From positions 18,979 through 82,978 of the forward strand of contig FLMG01002472.1 in assembly GCA_900088475.1 (NCBI GenBank): a DNA stretch of 64,000 bases. Direction: 5' to 3'. This DNA comes from Hyphochytrium catenoides. Lineage: Eukaryota; Protista; Hyphochytriomycota. Positions 26,801 through 38,800 of this stretch are shown here, piece after piece. A program made the translations under genes and the position numbers. Within the stretch, counting starts at the first letter, position 1. Each line of letters opens with the position of its first letter. The notes beneath the pieces were generated by a model. That model was not told the DNA's origin, ran no database searches, and was given only the letters and a program-made list of their open reading frames with translations.

Positions 26801-29800
26801 CGGCCTTTTATCTGTGGGGGAAAGTCATCTGGGCGCAACGAGCTCAGAAGTGATGGTTGAGCAGGTCAGTGATGGGACTGTTGCGTTGGGCGGAAAGTTC
26901 TCAATAGAATATGAAGGCTATGCGACAACCCTCCTTCCGGTCAATAGTGGTCCTGGTGCCGTGGAAGAAGCCTTCACTTCATTAGCCTCAGTTGGTAAGG
27001 TCAAAGTCACGCTTTCTCAGCAGTCCGACAAGAGAGTCGCTTGGGACATTGAGTTTTTGACCCTGGGCAATCCCGAGAACCTTGGTCTCCTGCCACTTGT
27101 AACACTACATACACACTTGGTGTACGGTACTGAGGTTCAAGGTGAGGTAAGAAGAATACAGGACCCCTGCTGCACTTTACGTGTCTCTACCAATGGAGTA
27201 GACTACAGTAGCGACCAATCGTTCTTTCAGTATGAGGAAGGACCAATGGCACTGGAGGTTTTACCTTCATATGGTTCGACTCAGGGTGGTACTCTTGTCA
27301 AGGTTAGGGGGAGAAACCTTGCTGATCATGGCATCCACTATTGCCTTTTCGGAGATGCGCCAGAGGTGCTTGCAGAGTGGCTGGATAGCACTTTCTTAGC
27401 TTGCACCACCCCCTCGCATGCTGAAGGGCTGGTGGAAGTCAAACTCAGTCGGTGGCCCTCCCTCGATGGCGCGAGTCCTATCATCGGAAATTCCATTGCT
27501 TCTTATCGCTTTCTGCCAGATATTGAAATCCTCGACATATTCCCCAAAAAAGGGAAGCCATCGGGGGGCACCAGGCTTACTATCTCTGGAATAGGCTTTC
27601 TCGAAGATCCTCTCCTTGCCTGCAGATTCCGCTCAACTCCAGATGTATCGATCCAGAAAGCTAAGGAGGTTAAAGTATCTGCACAGTTCATAAACACCAC
27701 CCACATTACCTGTGACACACCAGGCATTGGATCCTTTTTCAGCAACACCAATGAGTCCTGGGAAGGTCGTGTGTCAGGCTTAAGCCATGTCGAGGTGACC
27801 GCGAACGGCATCGACTATTCTATCAACAGTGCCACTTTCTGGTATATTCCTCTGCTGGCTATAGATGCCATCTATCCGATACGAGGTCCATTATCTGGTT
27901 CTACACCTGTGGTGGTGACGGGTGCCAGATTTAGCAGCCCTACTTACTGCCACTTTGGTGAAGCATCACCATACGAAGCTGAGTACGTTTCGGATAGGTC
28001 CGTCATCTGCTCCAGCCCCTCTCACGAGGTCCAAAGCTCTATACAGCAAGTATCAGCCACCTGGGATACTCTCGTCTCCGAGATCCAAAAGATTTCTCTG
28101 AAGAGTACGACGCCGATTGCCACGCTACCTGGTTACTTCACTCTCTCACTAGGTACCTATATCTCCGATCCTCTACTCCCAACTTCGCCAGCCACGGGTG
28201 CAGGGTCCTTGGGAGAAACCTTGCAAAAATTGCCCCAGGGATTCGGCGTTACAGTAGACAGGATTATATCTACCGATGGACTAGAAGTTCAGTGGACAGT
28301 CACCTTTCCCGATGCCTACGGGGATGTTCCTCCAATTAGGGCAGATCCATCACACTTGGACGGAAAGGCCGTTCAGATGTGGGTGGAGACCTTAAGGGAG
28401 GGTGATATGGGGAGCATCAAGTCAGAAGTGCAGGTGATTAGTACCGTGCAGCCGTACCAATCCAACCAAGTGGACATAATAGTCCAAAACAACCTTGTCC
28501 CAACTCTAGAGGTTGGGAGACTGACTCTGGCAGCAGATGACAGGGTCTCCGGAGAGTTTTTTCTTCTGTACAATGGAGCTGTTTCTCCAGCATTACCCTG
28601 GAATGTGTCTGCCGCCGCCCTCTCTTCGACCATTTATACCCTGACGGGCCTGGAGGTTGTGGTTTCAAGGCTGAGCCACGCCTCCCGTGGCTTCATATGG
28701 AATGTGACGGTTCAGCGTTTTGCTTCCATTCTATCAGAACTAAGCGTCAGCTCTCACAACCTGGTTTGTACCACGGGGTGCGCGATTACGCTTCGCTTGA
28801 CATTGATACAAGGCCTCGTGCCGGAGGTGGACGGTTACTTCACAGTCAGCCATGGTGGTAGACACACCCAGGATATTCCATATGATGTTTCTTCCCTAGA
28901 CCTTCAGAAAGAGTTGCAGGCAATATTACCTGTAGAAGTGGTAGTCAGCTCGGCGTTGCCTGGTAATTCTTCCAGAATCTGGAGAATTACTTACATCGCC
29001 CCAGGAACCTACGACATCGATGTCATGTGGGTCAACCGAACGCAAGCTGCAGCAACAATTGAGCGATATGTGGTTAAGGACGGATCTACTCAAGCCGAGG
29101 GCGAATTCCGAATTGGCTTAGGAACTCTTTGGTCTTCATGGCTGCCCTTTGACGCCTCTGCGGAGAGAGTCAGACAGGCGTTACACTTGGATCTCGGGGC
29201 ATCTGGCCTTACTTCGAATATCGTCGTTGAAAGATTGACACTTTCAGCTGGAGCTGATATCGTGGATTATGAGTGGACCATTCTGTTTGATCCCCAAGGA
29301 GGTGACGTACCCTCTTTGGTACTTGACAAATCACGACTAAACGGCGAGTCTGTGGATATGACAGTGACCACCGTAGTCAATGGGAACTTCGTTCCCCGAT
29401 CAGGATCTTTTGCTCTTTCGTTCGAGGGGATGACAACATCAACACTGCCATACAATGCAGATAGTCGTACTCTTAGCCTAGCATTGGGAAGCCTTGCCAC
29501 CATTTCTGATTTGTCCGTGGCGCAGGAAATTACACCTAGTGGCATCACATGGCAAGTTACCTTCAGAAGCAGCAATCGGCAGCGGCCGTTAGGCCGACTG
29601 CCAATGCTGCAAGCGAACGCTGTGGATTTGCAGGGAAACGGGGCTACTCTCGATGTGTACGAAGTTTTGCCTGGCTATGGTCCAAGCGTCGCTGTCGGCG
29701 TTTCGGCGAATAAGAAAGACATCGTCTTTTCAAGCGTAAACTTCGAATATCATGAAGCTTTGGATGTCCAGTCATTTTCTCCAACAGTGGGAGGGGAACG

Positions 29801-32800
29801 GGGAGGTACGGAGGTTATAGCTAGTGTGGATGCATCGCCCGGTGTCATGTTTCCGGAAGCGGGTGTCTTCGCATTTCAAGCTTCAGATCTGGGGGTACGA
29901 TGCCGCTTTGGTGATGAAGTGGTGGGGGGAAAGGTAGTATCGGCTAGGACGGTCTCCTGTACCTCACCCCCTCATGTTCCCGCAACCGTTATATTTGGTG
30001 TTTCTTTGAATGGAATAGATTTTTACCACTGTCTACAGCGCTACACCTTTCTCAAGGAAATGGATAATTTCCTGCTTGTTCCAGTACGGGGGCCATTGGA
30101 GGGCGGCAACACTTTGACTGTTTACGGAGCATTCGCTGAAGCGACTGCGGCACTTGGGGAGGAAGGAAGTAACAGCAACGGCACCTTTAGCTGCCGCTTC
30201 GACGGACAAGATAAAGCGCAGGTTGCTAGTGTCGTTGCCACGGACTTCATTACGTGCGTCGCACCACCTTCAACTTCTCCTGGACCCGTGGCGGTTCAGG
30301 TCCTTCTGAACTCTCAGGAGGTTACTCTTGCATCAACACAATACTACTACGAACCGAATTGGTATGTGACAGAAGTAGTTCCCTCATCTGGACCTGCTAG
30401 AGGTGGAACGATAGTGTCAATCCGGGGTGGACGATTCCGAGACTACAACTCAGATCTTCTGTGTCGGTTCGGATCCAAGGTGGCCAAGGCGCGCTGGATA
30501 TCAGAAAACGAGCTAAGCTGCGAAACTCCATCTCAGAGCCCCGTTGATGAAGTTCAGGTACTGGATATAACACCAACGACTTCGCAGGGTATCACTGGTA
30601 CCTTCGCCCTGAGTGGGGGTGAAGTTTGTCTCGAGGATTTGGAGGGCATTTATTGTGAGACTCCCAAGACGGCAGCCCTGCCCGCTAACGTTAGTGCTTT
30701 TGTACTGCAACATGAGCTAGAGCTTCTTCAGGTGAATGGACCGGTGAAAGTCTCTGTTGCTTCTCCATCCGTCCCGACTGTTTTCAGATACTTAATCACA
30801 TTCACCGGCGGACTCGGAGCCATCCCCCTACTGCAAATAGCTGAAAATAGCCTTGATCAAGGCACGGCCATGATGAGCCGGTTGGTGTCTGGTAAACGAC
30901 AAGCTGCCATGACTGTGCCTTTGCATATCTCGTTCAATGGGCAAGACTTCGTGGCTGGAGGGTACAACATCAACTTTACCTACCATGATGAAGCCTTGGT
31001 ATCAGAGATAGTGCCTGACAGGGGGCCCTTAACAGGCCATACTGAAGTCTTGGTGCTTGGCGAGAACTTCATCAACCATGCTGGTCTAGCATGCAGCTTT
31101 GGAGAATCTCCGGAGGCTGTTGTTGCTGTATCCCGCTTCATCAACAGTTCCGCGGTCATCTGCATATCTCCCCGGTCTCTTAGGGAACATCCTACAGAAG
31201 TCATCGTCAGGGTTTCGAATAGCTTCAATGGCGCGCTGGAAGGCTTCTCGTCCATTGGTGTTCCTTTCCGCTATGAAGAAGTCCTTTCTGTTAGCGACCT
31301 GGTGCCATTCCAGGGCCCAGTATCGGGCAATTTCTCCGTTAGAGTGCTTGGCAAACACTTTTCTAACTCTTCGAGATTACGTTGTCGCTTCGGCAGCGTA
31401 GTTGTTAAGGGCCTCTGGAAGAGTCATGAAGAGATGCTTTGTATGGCTCCTCCCCACCCGGCCGGGATGTATCCTGTGTCCGTTTCCAACAATGATCAAG
31501 ACTATGCGTCCTCCAAAGCTCCTTTCTACTTCTACCCTGACCCCTCCCTTTCTCGTATAGTTCCGATAGCAGGACCTGCCCTGATTGGTGGCACAGCCGT
31601 GACTGTTCATGGCAGAGGCTTTGTCAATTCGTCCCTTCTCGGTTGCCGCTTTGCCAACGTTACTGTACCGGCAGAGTTCCGCAGCGCGAGTGAGATAGTG
31701 TGTAGGTCTCCCTCTGTCACAACAATCATAAGGAACGTTTCCGAAGTTCTGGGGCGGTACTCTCTTTCCGAGTTCCGAACCCGCCATCCGAACCCAATGA
31801 CTGGCAGTCGCTTGTTGTTTCCTGGATCACAGTACTATCCTACTTACCTGGCCAAGCTTGTCGGCTTAGAGGTGACAAATAATTGGCAAGACTACACAGA
31901 TAATGGTATAACTTACCTATACCAAGCTGATGCCTTGGTGACAGGAATCTTCCCCCGATCGTCCTGGGACAGTGGCAGAATATCTCTCTTCGTTCAGGGC
32001 AGAAATTTCGTGAACTCAACCCACCTCTCGTGTCGCATCGGGGAACAATTAGTACATGGTTCGTTCCTGAGTGACACCCTTGTCCTTTGCCATGGGCGGT
32101 CACACGCGCTGGAGCGGCCTCAGCAAGGCTTTTACAGTCACCATCTCCCTCAGACGAAGAACCTTCCCCATGCAATGAAGGGCGTTCCAGGTCCAAAGGA
32201 TCCAGCCTCACTTTATGTAGAAATCTCTAACAATGGTGTTGATTTTACTTCTAGTCGCACGGTTTTCGAGAGCCTTGGGCCCTGTCCAACTGGTTCCTAT
32301 TGCCCTCTTGGCGTTGGGACAGCCAAGTACATCTGTCCACGCGGAGCCTACTGCCCTGGCTCTCAAAACGCGAACTTCACCCTCTGTCCTGCCGGCACTT
32401 ACCAACCATCCTATGGTCAAAATGACTGCCTCCGTTGTCCTATCGGGTACATTTGTCCTGAGTTAGGCATGCATGTGCCTAGAATTTGTCCCGCGGGCTT
32501 CGTTTGTGATGTTAGCGGGTTAGTTAGCGCAGAACAACCATGCCCTGAAGGACATTTTTGTCTAGAAGGAACAGCGACAACTGTGACTACATGCGGGCAT
32601 CCCAGGCCGTCTAGCAGGCTATTCCCGACACTATCACACGCTGAACTCCCGACAACGTTCCGGAGGAATCGTCGACCAGAGGGCTCAAGGCTTGTGCTCG
32701 GTGCTAGAAATGCAGGCTGCTGGAGTAATAGCACTTCTGACTTTGGGCTCCAGGTTAGCGATGAGCCTGCCCGGTTTTGGATGGAGAGGCATCTGATGCC

Positions 32801-35800
32801 CTTAGCAGCAGATTCCCCTTTTAAGCCGTTTCGAGGTCGGTACTGCCTGGATGATAGCTGTATGCTGCTAGATGATCTGGAAAATCTGGCTGTCGCAGAC
32901 TATGCCTTCGATTACTCCTCCACGGCTTTTGCTATGCGCAGGCCCGTTCCGTGCCCAGCAGGAACTTATTGTCACCCAGGCACCGCCAGCGAACTCACTA
33001 CAATGCGAAACCTAAGCTCCCCTCAGCCTTGTATCGAAAGCATGTACTGCCCGACTGGTACCACTAGTCCGCATGGAGTAGGTGATTGTCCGCGGGGATT
33101 TTATTGCCCGTTTGGTGAGAAGTTACCATGCCCCGCAGGAACCTACTGTCCACGCTCAGGACTGTTCGATCCGCTTCCATGCGCGCCTGGAACCTTTAAT
33201 GCTATGGTCGGGCAAGAAAGTTGTACACTGTGCCCTGCTGGATACATATGCCCTGGTTTCGGTCGCCTGCAACCCACAATTTGTCCAAATGGATACGTTT
33301 GCAGCAAAGAGACTCTAGCCTCGCCAAATATTCGGTGCCCCAAGGGATTTTTCTGCCCCAACGGCACCATTACGTCTGATCCATTCCGCAACGATACTAC
33401 TCTAAGACCTTACCCCTGCGCGCCAGGAAGTTTCTGCATGGGTGGTGTTGGGTACGACGAGGTCCGACCTGGTGATTTCCTGTATGCCCAGCCGTGTAAG
33501 CCAGGCTTCTACTGTGAGCTCGCATCGGTATCTCCTCAAGGTTCAGGTCTTTGTCCCAAAGGATTTTACTGTCCGGAAGGGACGGCGGTACCTATCCCTA
33601 CGCCTAAGGGCAAGTATGCTGCCACAGAGGGAACTGTACGACCAGCAGACTGCTTGCCAGGTTACTACGCGCCAACTATAGAGACTGTACTTTGCTACCC
33701 ATGCCCCCCTGGAACCGAGTGCGAAAGCGACGGGATGAGTGAGGCTGTGGTCTGCCCCCCTGGTACATATAGAGGCTCTCTGGAGGACGATGGTATCACT
33801 TGTCTTCCATGCCCTAAGGGTACATGGTCTAAGAATTGGGAACTCCGAGATATTTCTGAGTGCACGCCTTGCCCAACAGGAACAGTCTGTCCAACCGATG
33901 GTATTATGGCGCCTTGCAGTATGGCAGATCTTCCCACGCCTTACGAGCCTGTGACTGGAAAGATGCTAAATCAGGAGGACTGTCTCAAGTTGGGAAGTAA
34001 CTACTTCTTTGGGGTCCTCTTAGAGCCATGGATTGATAACAAGGGTAGAGGGCCACACTTCCGGTCATGGAGAAATGGCACCTGCTTTTACAACAGACAG
34101 AAGGACGGCTCTGTGGTGTACCAACGGTTCAGAGATTACTTTGGGCCCATGTTCGATATAGTAAGGGGCGTGCCGCATCAAGGATATGGAGACGCTGGGC
34201 AAGTAACCCCACCTCACTTTTTCGGTCGGGGGTCCTTGTACATCAATCTGGACAACTCGCGTAAGTTCAACCAGACCTTTAACTGTACTCCTGGATTTTT
34301 CCAGTGGAACGATATTTTGCAAGGAGACCAGTGGTATCCAGGAACTTGTGAAGCAGATATTTTTTGCTACTCTTCGGAACCTTCAAGGGTAAAGCCTTGT
34401 CAGGAAGGGTTTGTCTGTGATGAGCGGACGGGCTTCGTGGAACAGTTCCGCAGCCCTTGCAAAGAAGGTTATGTATGCGACTTTGGAACAACACCAGATA
34501 CCTCATTACTAGCTCCTCAAGGGCAGTACAAACGGCTATGCCAAGAGGGGTATTATTGTTTAGATGAGTCAGGACCAAGTACTTTCAAGAACTTTCCTTG
34601 CCCGACAGACTACTTTTGCCCGACAGGTACCGCCCGACCAATGATTGGTTTGATGGCGAACGATGCTTTGAATCGGCAGCTAGACACACAATCAGCAGAT
34701 CCTTTCTTCAATGTTGTTCACCAAGTGGGGCTCTCCATTGATGACCACAAACTCATTTCCGACCACGATTTCCGTTGTCTGAAAGGTGCTAGCCAGGAGC
34801 TGCAGCAAAACTACATCTATCAAAGGGATCCCGTCAATGGCAAAACCAACTGGACTACCGTGGCGATTATGAATGACCTTTACTGCGGCAGGGACCACAA
34901 ATGGAGACACGTGGCGAACGCTATTCACCGCAAAGTTTGCAACTGCACGCAGCAGATGCAGGTTATCCAGCGTATCTTTGAGTTTTGGAAGTGTACCACC
35001 AACCTCTCTAAACAATTTGATGACATTGGCTATGCATCTTTTGAGGCTGTAGGTGGTGGCTATGACGTCTGGCACCCTCGAAGGAAGCTGCTGTCTGCTA
35101 ATCAATGCCGCTATTACTCTCAAAATGGCGGGCTACGGGACTATCGGGCTGAATTAGAATCCGGTGGTGTGAGCTTTCGATGGGCTTGGGCAAACACAAG
35201 CCGCTTTGGATCCTACGAGAACCTGAAGCAGTTGGTGACAGAAGAATTTGATCGACAGGAATTAGAGTTGGCCTTCCAGCAAAGATGGGAAGTAGATCCA
35301 TTTCTTTACGATATCTGGGCTGGGCTGCGCCTCATCAATCAATACGGCGACAATGTGCCCGAGCTTATCAAGCTCAATTTGACTACAATGGAACCCCTCC
35401 GTCTGGATGTCTGCGAGTGCCAACACCTTCTTCGGTGTCCAAATGGGACCTCCTCGACTGCCTACAGCAAAAGTGTGTTCGATTGCGGGGGCTTGAAGGA
35501 CCCAGTTGTCATCAGAAGGTTCATGCCAATCCCTCTTACAAACGGTAGACTTGATAATGGAACGGACTTCAAAATGCTGACTGGCTCAACCGGCACTGCT
35601 GGACTTGGTCAAGTGGAGTTGCAAACTATGGAGGTAGCCATACTTTCACTGAACTTTACTAGTATGTCCACGAACCTTACGTATGGGCAACATTATGAGA
35701 TCTCTGCTTATGTGGGTTGCAAGCCCTGCCCACCGCAATACATGTGCCGGTATGACCTAACAGAGCCGTATTGTCTTTCCCCCTCTGAGGATGATCAGAG

Positions 35801-38800
35801 CTTGGCGTATACCGAATGCGCCACCCAACGAGGTGCTCAGTACTGCCAGAGCTTACCTTACTTCTGCTCTGAAAAAACCTGGCCAGGTTACGCTGTAAAT
35901 GTTGAAGGAGAGGCCATCATCCAAAATCACGTCCAACCAGGCTGTTGCTCTTGTATGGCAAAGAGGATGCCCTTCTACTTTGCAGACTCATCAACTAAAG
36001 ACCCCGGCTATCCAGATAACAAGCACACGCTCTTGCAGACGTCCTTCACTGCTCTGAAGCCTCTTAACCTCACGCTGGCCGTAGAACTGAAAGATGCCCT
36101 TTACCTTGCCGAGTTTGATAGTGCCATGGCAGCATCTCGCCCCGACCTCAAGATCTTTTCCCCATCCAGAGCTGTAGTGGATAAGAAGATAGAGCTAGGG
36201 AACAATGGCGAGGTCCTTCAGAGGGATACTAACATCTTCTCTTTCCTGGCAATCATTCAAATGGAGGATTTTGACGAGCTGATGCTACCACTGAACCTTC
36301 CTCTAAGTCAATCCAAAGACTTGAAGACAGGGGCTGTATTAGGAGGTCTGGAGGAAGATTTACTAGTTGACCGCATTTCCGATATTCGTGTCGGGAACGA
36401 AGACTATCTCAGAGACTTCAATCTTTCTAGCTACACAATGGAAGATAGCTATGATCCCACCTATTGCCAGCAAGCCTTAGCTGACTCCTCGAACGAGCCT
36501 GACAACGATTTGGTGGGACAAGAATGTCCCTCTTTGGGCTCTGATCTCTCTCTCACCCCGTCGACGTACCTGCTCGGCTCTGGAGGAATAGACCCATATC
36601 CAGTAGTCATTCCTACGGAAAAGACGCAGATGGGGTCCTCCTTTTGGACGATGGGAGACACGGAGCCATTCGAGTTCTTGACTCTGCCCTATCTGCCATT
36701 CTTTTCAAATTGTGAAGGCTATGGGAGCCGGTAAGAAAGTGTTCTGTTATGCAGTTGCATCATTGTTTCCGAATCATTGAACTTTGTGCTTTAGTGTGAG
36801 CATCAGCAAGCTGGTTGAGGATCATCCCGAGTGTGAGCTGGTGCCAGAGAGCAGCACTATGGAGGTTGATCAATACCCATGGAACGACAAAATGACCCCA
36901 GTAGCAGACCAATGCCTTCACAGGGTTACTACACCAGCTGGGGAAAACGTCACTGAAGGAATAAGCCTAAAGTGTCAATATGAGGTAAGCCTGTGGTGAC
37001 ACAGTAGTAGCCCTTCCCGTGTTCTCGATATTCAAATCCTAATCCGTCAGTTGACATTTTCCGCCCCTCTGAATCTCCTACAATGAAGTAACGCCCTTTA
37101 ATCTATCCCTACAGGAAAATATTGATGCTCCTGCGGAGAAGAAGCGATGGTTTGAGGTTGATGCCGGAGAGACACTCTTTTACTTAACAAAAGAAGCAAT
37201 TGCTCAGAGCCAGCTCGAGGGAGTACCGTACACAGGTAAACAAGAAACGACTTCCGTGTTCAGGCAAAAGGTTGCTTGTCCACCCATGTGACTCAACCGT
37301 TTGGGTGCTCCACAGGCCCATCGACGGTACCTGTTTATGAGCGACCGCCAGAGCAGAAGTGGGGAAGGACGGACTCACTCGAAAAATTGCGGAAGTCAGA
37401 CATGCTTATCACGGTGGCACGTAAGTTGCATATAGAAGATCAAAGAGGAATTTAAAACATGACAGTTTCCCTGCTTTGGCAGCTATTGAAGACCGAGGTG
37501 GCCAGAGGTTTTGGATACCGAGAAAAGTGAGACTCACCATTGAATACTATCAGGTTCGAGCAAGTAAAATTCCTTATTGCAAGGTGGCCATTTTAACGCC
37601 ATTCTCCAAATGCCTATCACTGTAGAGAACCAAGGAGCTAAAAGAGCTTGTGAACGCCTATCTTGCTTTCGAGGACTCGTGTACGACTGTGAAGAAGTAA
37701 GAATAGTTTTGAGATAACTCTTGGCGGCAACGTTTCTCCTTGACTTAGAACTCCCCCTTTTTCTTGGTACGCTACTCACTTGTCTCTTCCTGATGTGACA
37801 ATAGCACAAATGCCACTTGCGAGCTAGATGCGATAACAAGCACCATTAAGAGTCGAGAGTATGAGCTGGTGGTGATCTATGAGCCCCTTTCGTGGTTCTA
37901 CCTTCTAAATCGCTTCCAGTTTTCCTTCGACGTCTACATTGCAATGTTCTTTTTGGTTGGTATGTCAACCATGGTGGAAGCGGTAAGTCTCGATAGGTGC
38001 GGAAGCAGCAAATTCTTAGCTAGGCCGGTGGTAAAAAAGGTTCTGAATGGCCAATTCATATTGGGCAATTATGTCTGAAATTGAAAAGGAACATACACGG
38101 AGCTATACGTGTCCCTGACTCGAGTTTTCACGTGTGCAGATTCTGATCTGGTTGATCAATCGGATCCTGACCCGACTACGTTACCCTCCACCTCTAAGGA
38201 TCAAGGCATTTCTACCTGTCATCGTACCTCAGCCGTTCTTTGGAGTCGCAATTGCCTCACTTCCATTCATCTTATTTATGATCATTTTCTGGGTCTGGTG
38301 GGTTGTTTTCTCCTCGTCGGTAAGTGAGCATTACGGGAAAGTAGAAGCAACGCCTAGAGCATACCAACGACCTCAAAGTCCAATGTGTTGTTTTCCGAGT
38401 TAAATCTTACAGCGCTGGGCCGTCTTGTCAAGCACGTACTTTCCTTGTGGAGTTGACACGTTTCCAACAGGACCCCAAACTTCGTCCCAATCCTCTGTCT
38501 TTTGAAGACTGGAACGGCGATTGGATGAATGTTGCAGCGCTGGACGCCACCCTAGTTCGTCAGTATAAAGTTGGGCGATTTGGGGTCTCCTTGTTTGCGC
38601 TAGGCGTCTTCGGCGTATTCACATGTGAGTCCGGAGTATGGCTCTGTCTTTTACGCACATCCACAGAAAGCAAGGAACAGAGAGGGGTTGTCGTGTGAAG
38701 CATCCGGGAGAGGTTCCCTGTGAATCATTGGTAGTCTAATTGGGATACGGGAATAGCAAGCGAATGATCAAACGGCAGAGCGCAAGGAGACTCTCGCAGA

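Larger units (their letters stand above)
8075..32270 (+). repeat. Tandem IPT/TIG (Ig-like) protein repeats, roughly 60 copies of about 90 aa, interrupted by three EVQ inserts
   Basis: Recurring P-x-x-G-x-x-x-GGT-x-V-x-I-x-G-x-x-F ... L-x-C-x-FG ... C-x-(S/T)PP ... V-x-VS-x-NG-x-D-F ... F-x-Y, with frequent N-x-S/T sequons. Copy number is estimated from length. Copies are diverged at the DNA level. Confidence 0.9.

Noticed and set aside
6108-36661. Many 60-140 aa antisense or alternate-frame ORFs overlapping the giant CDS
   Set aside because: They are shadows of a long coding frame, with no motifs or independent splice logic.
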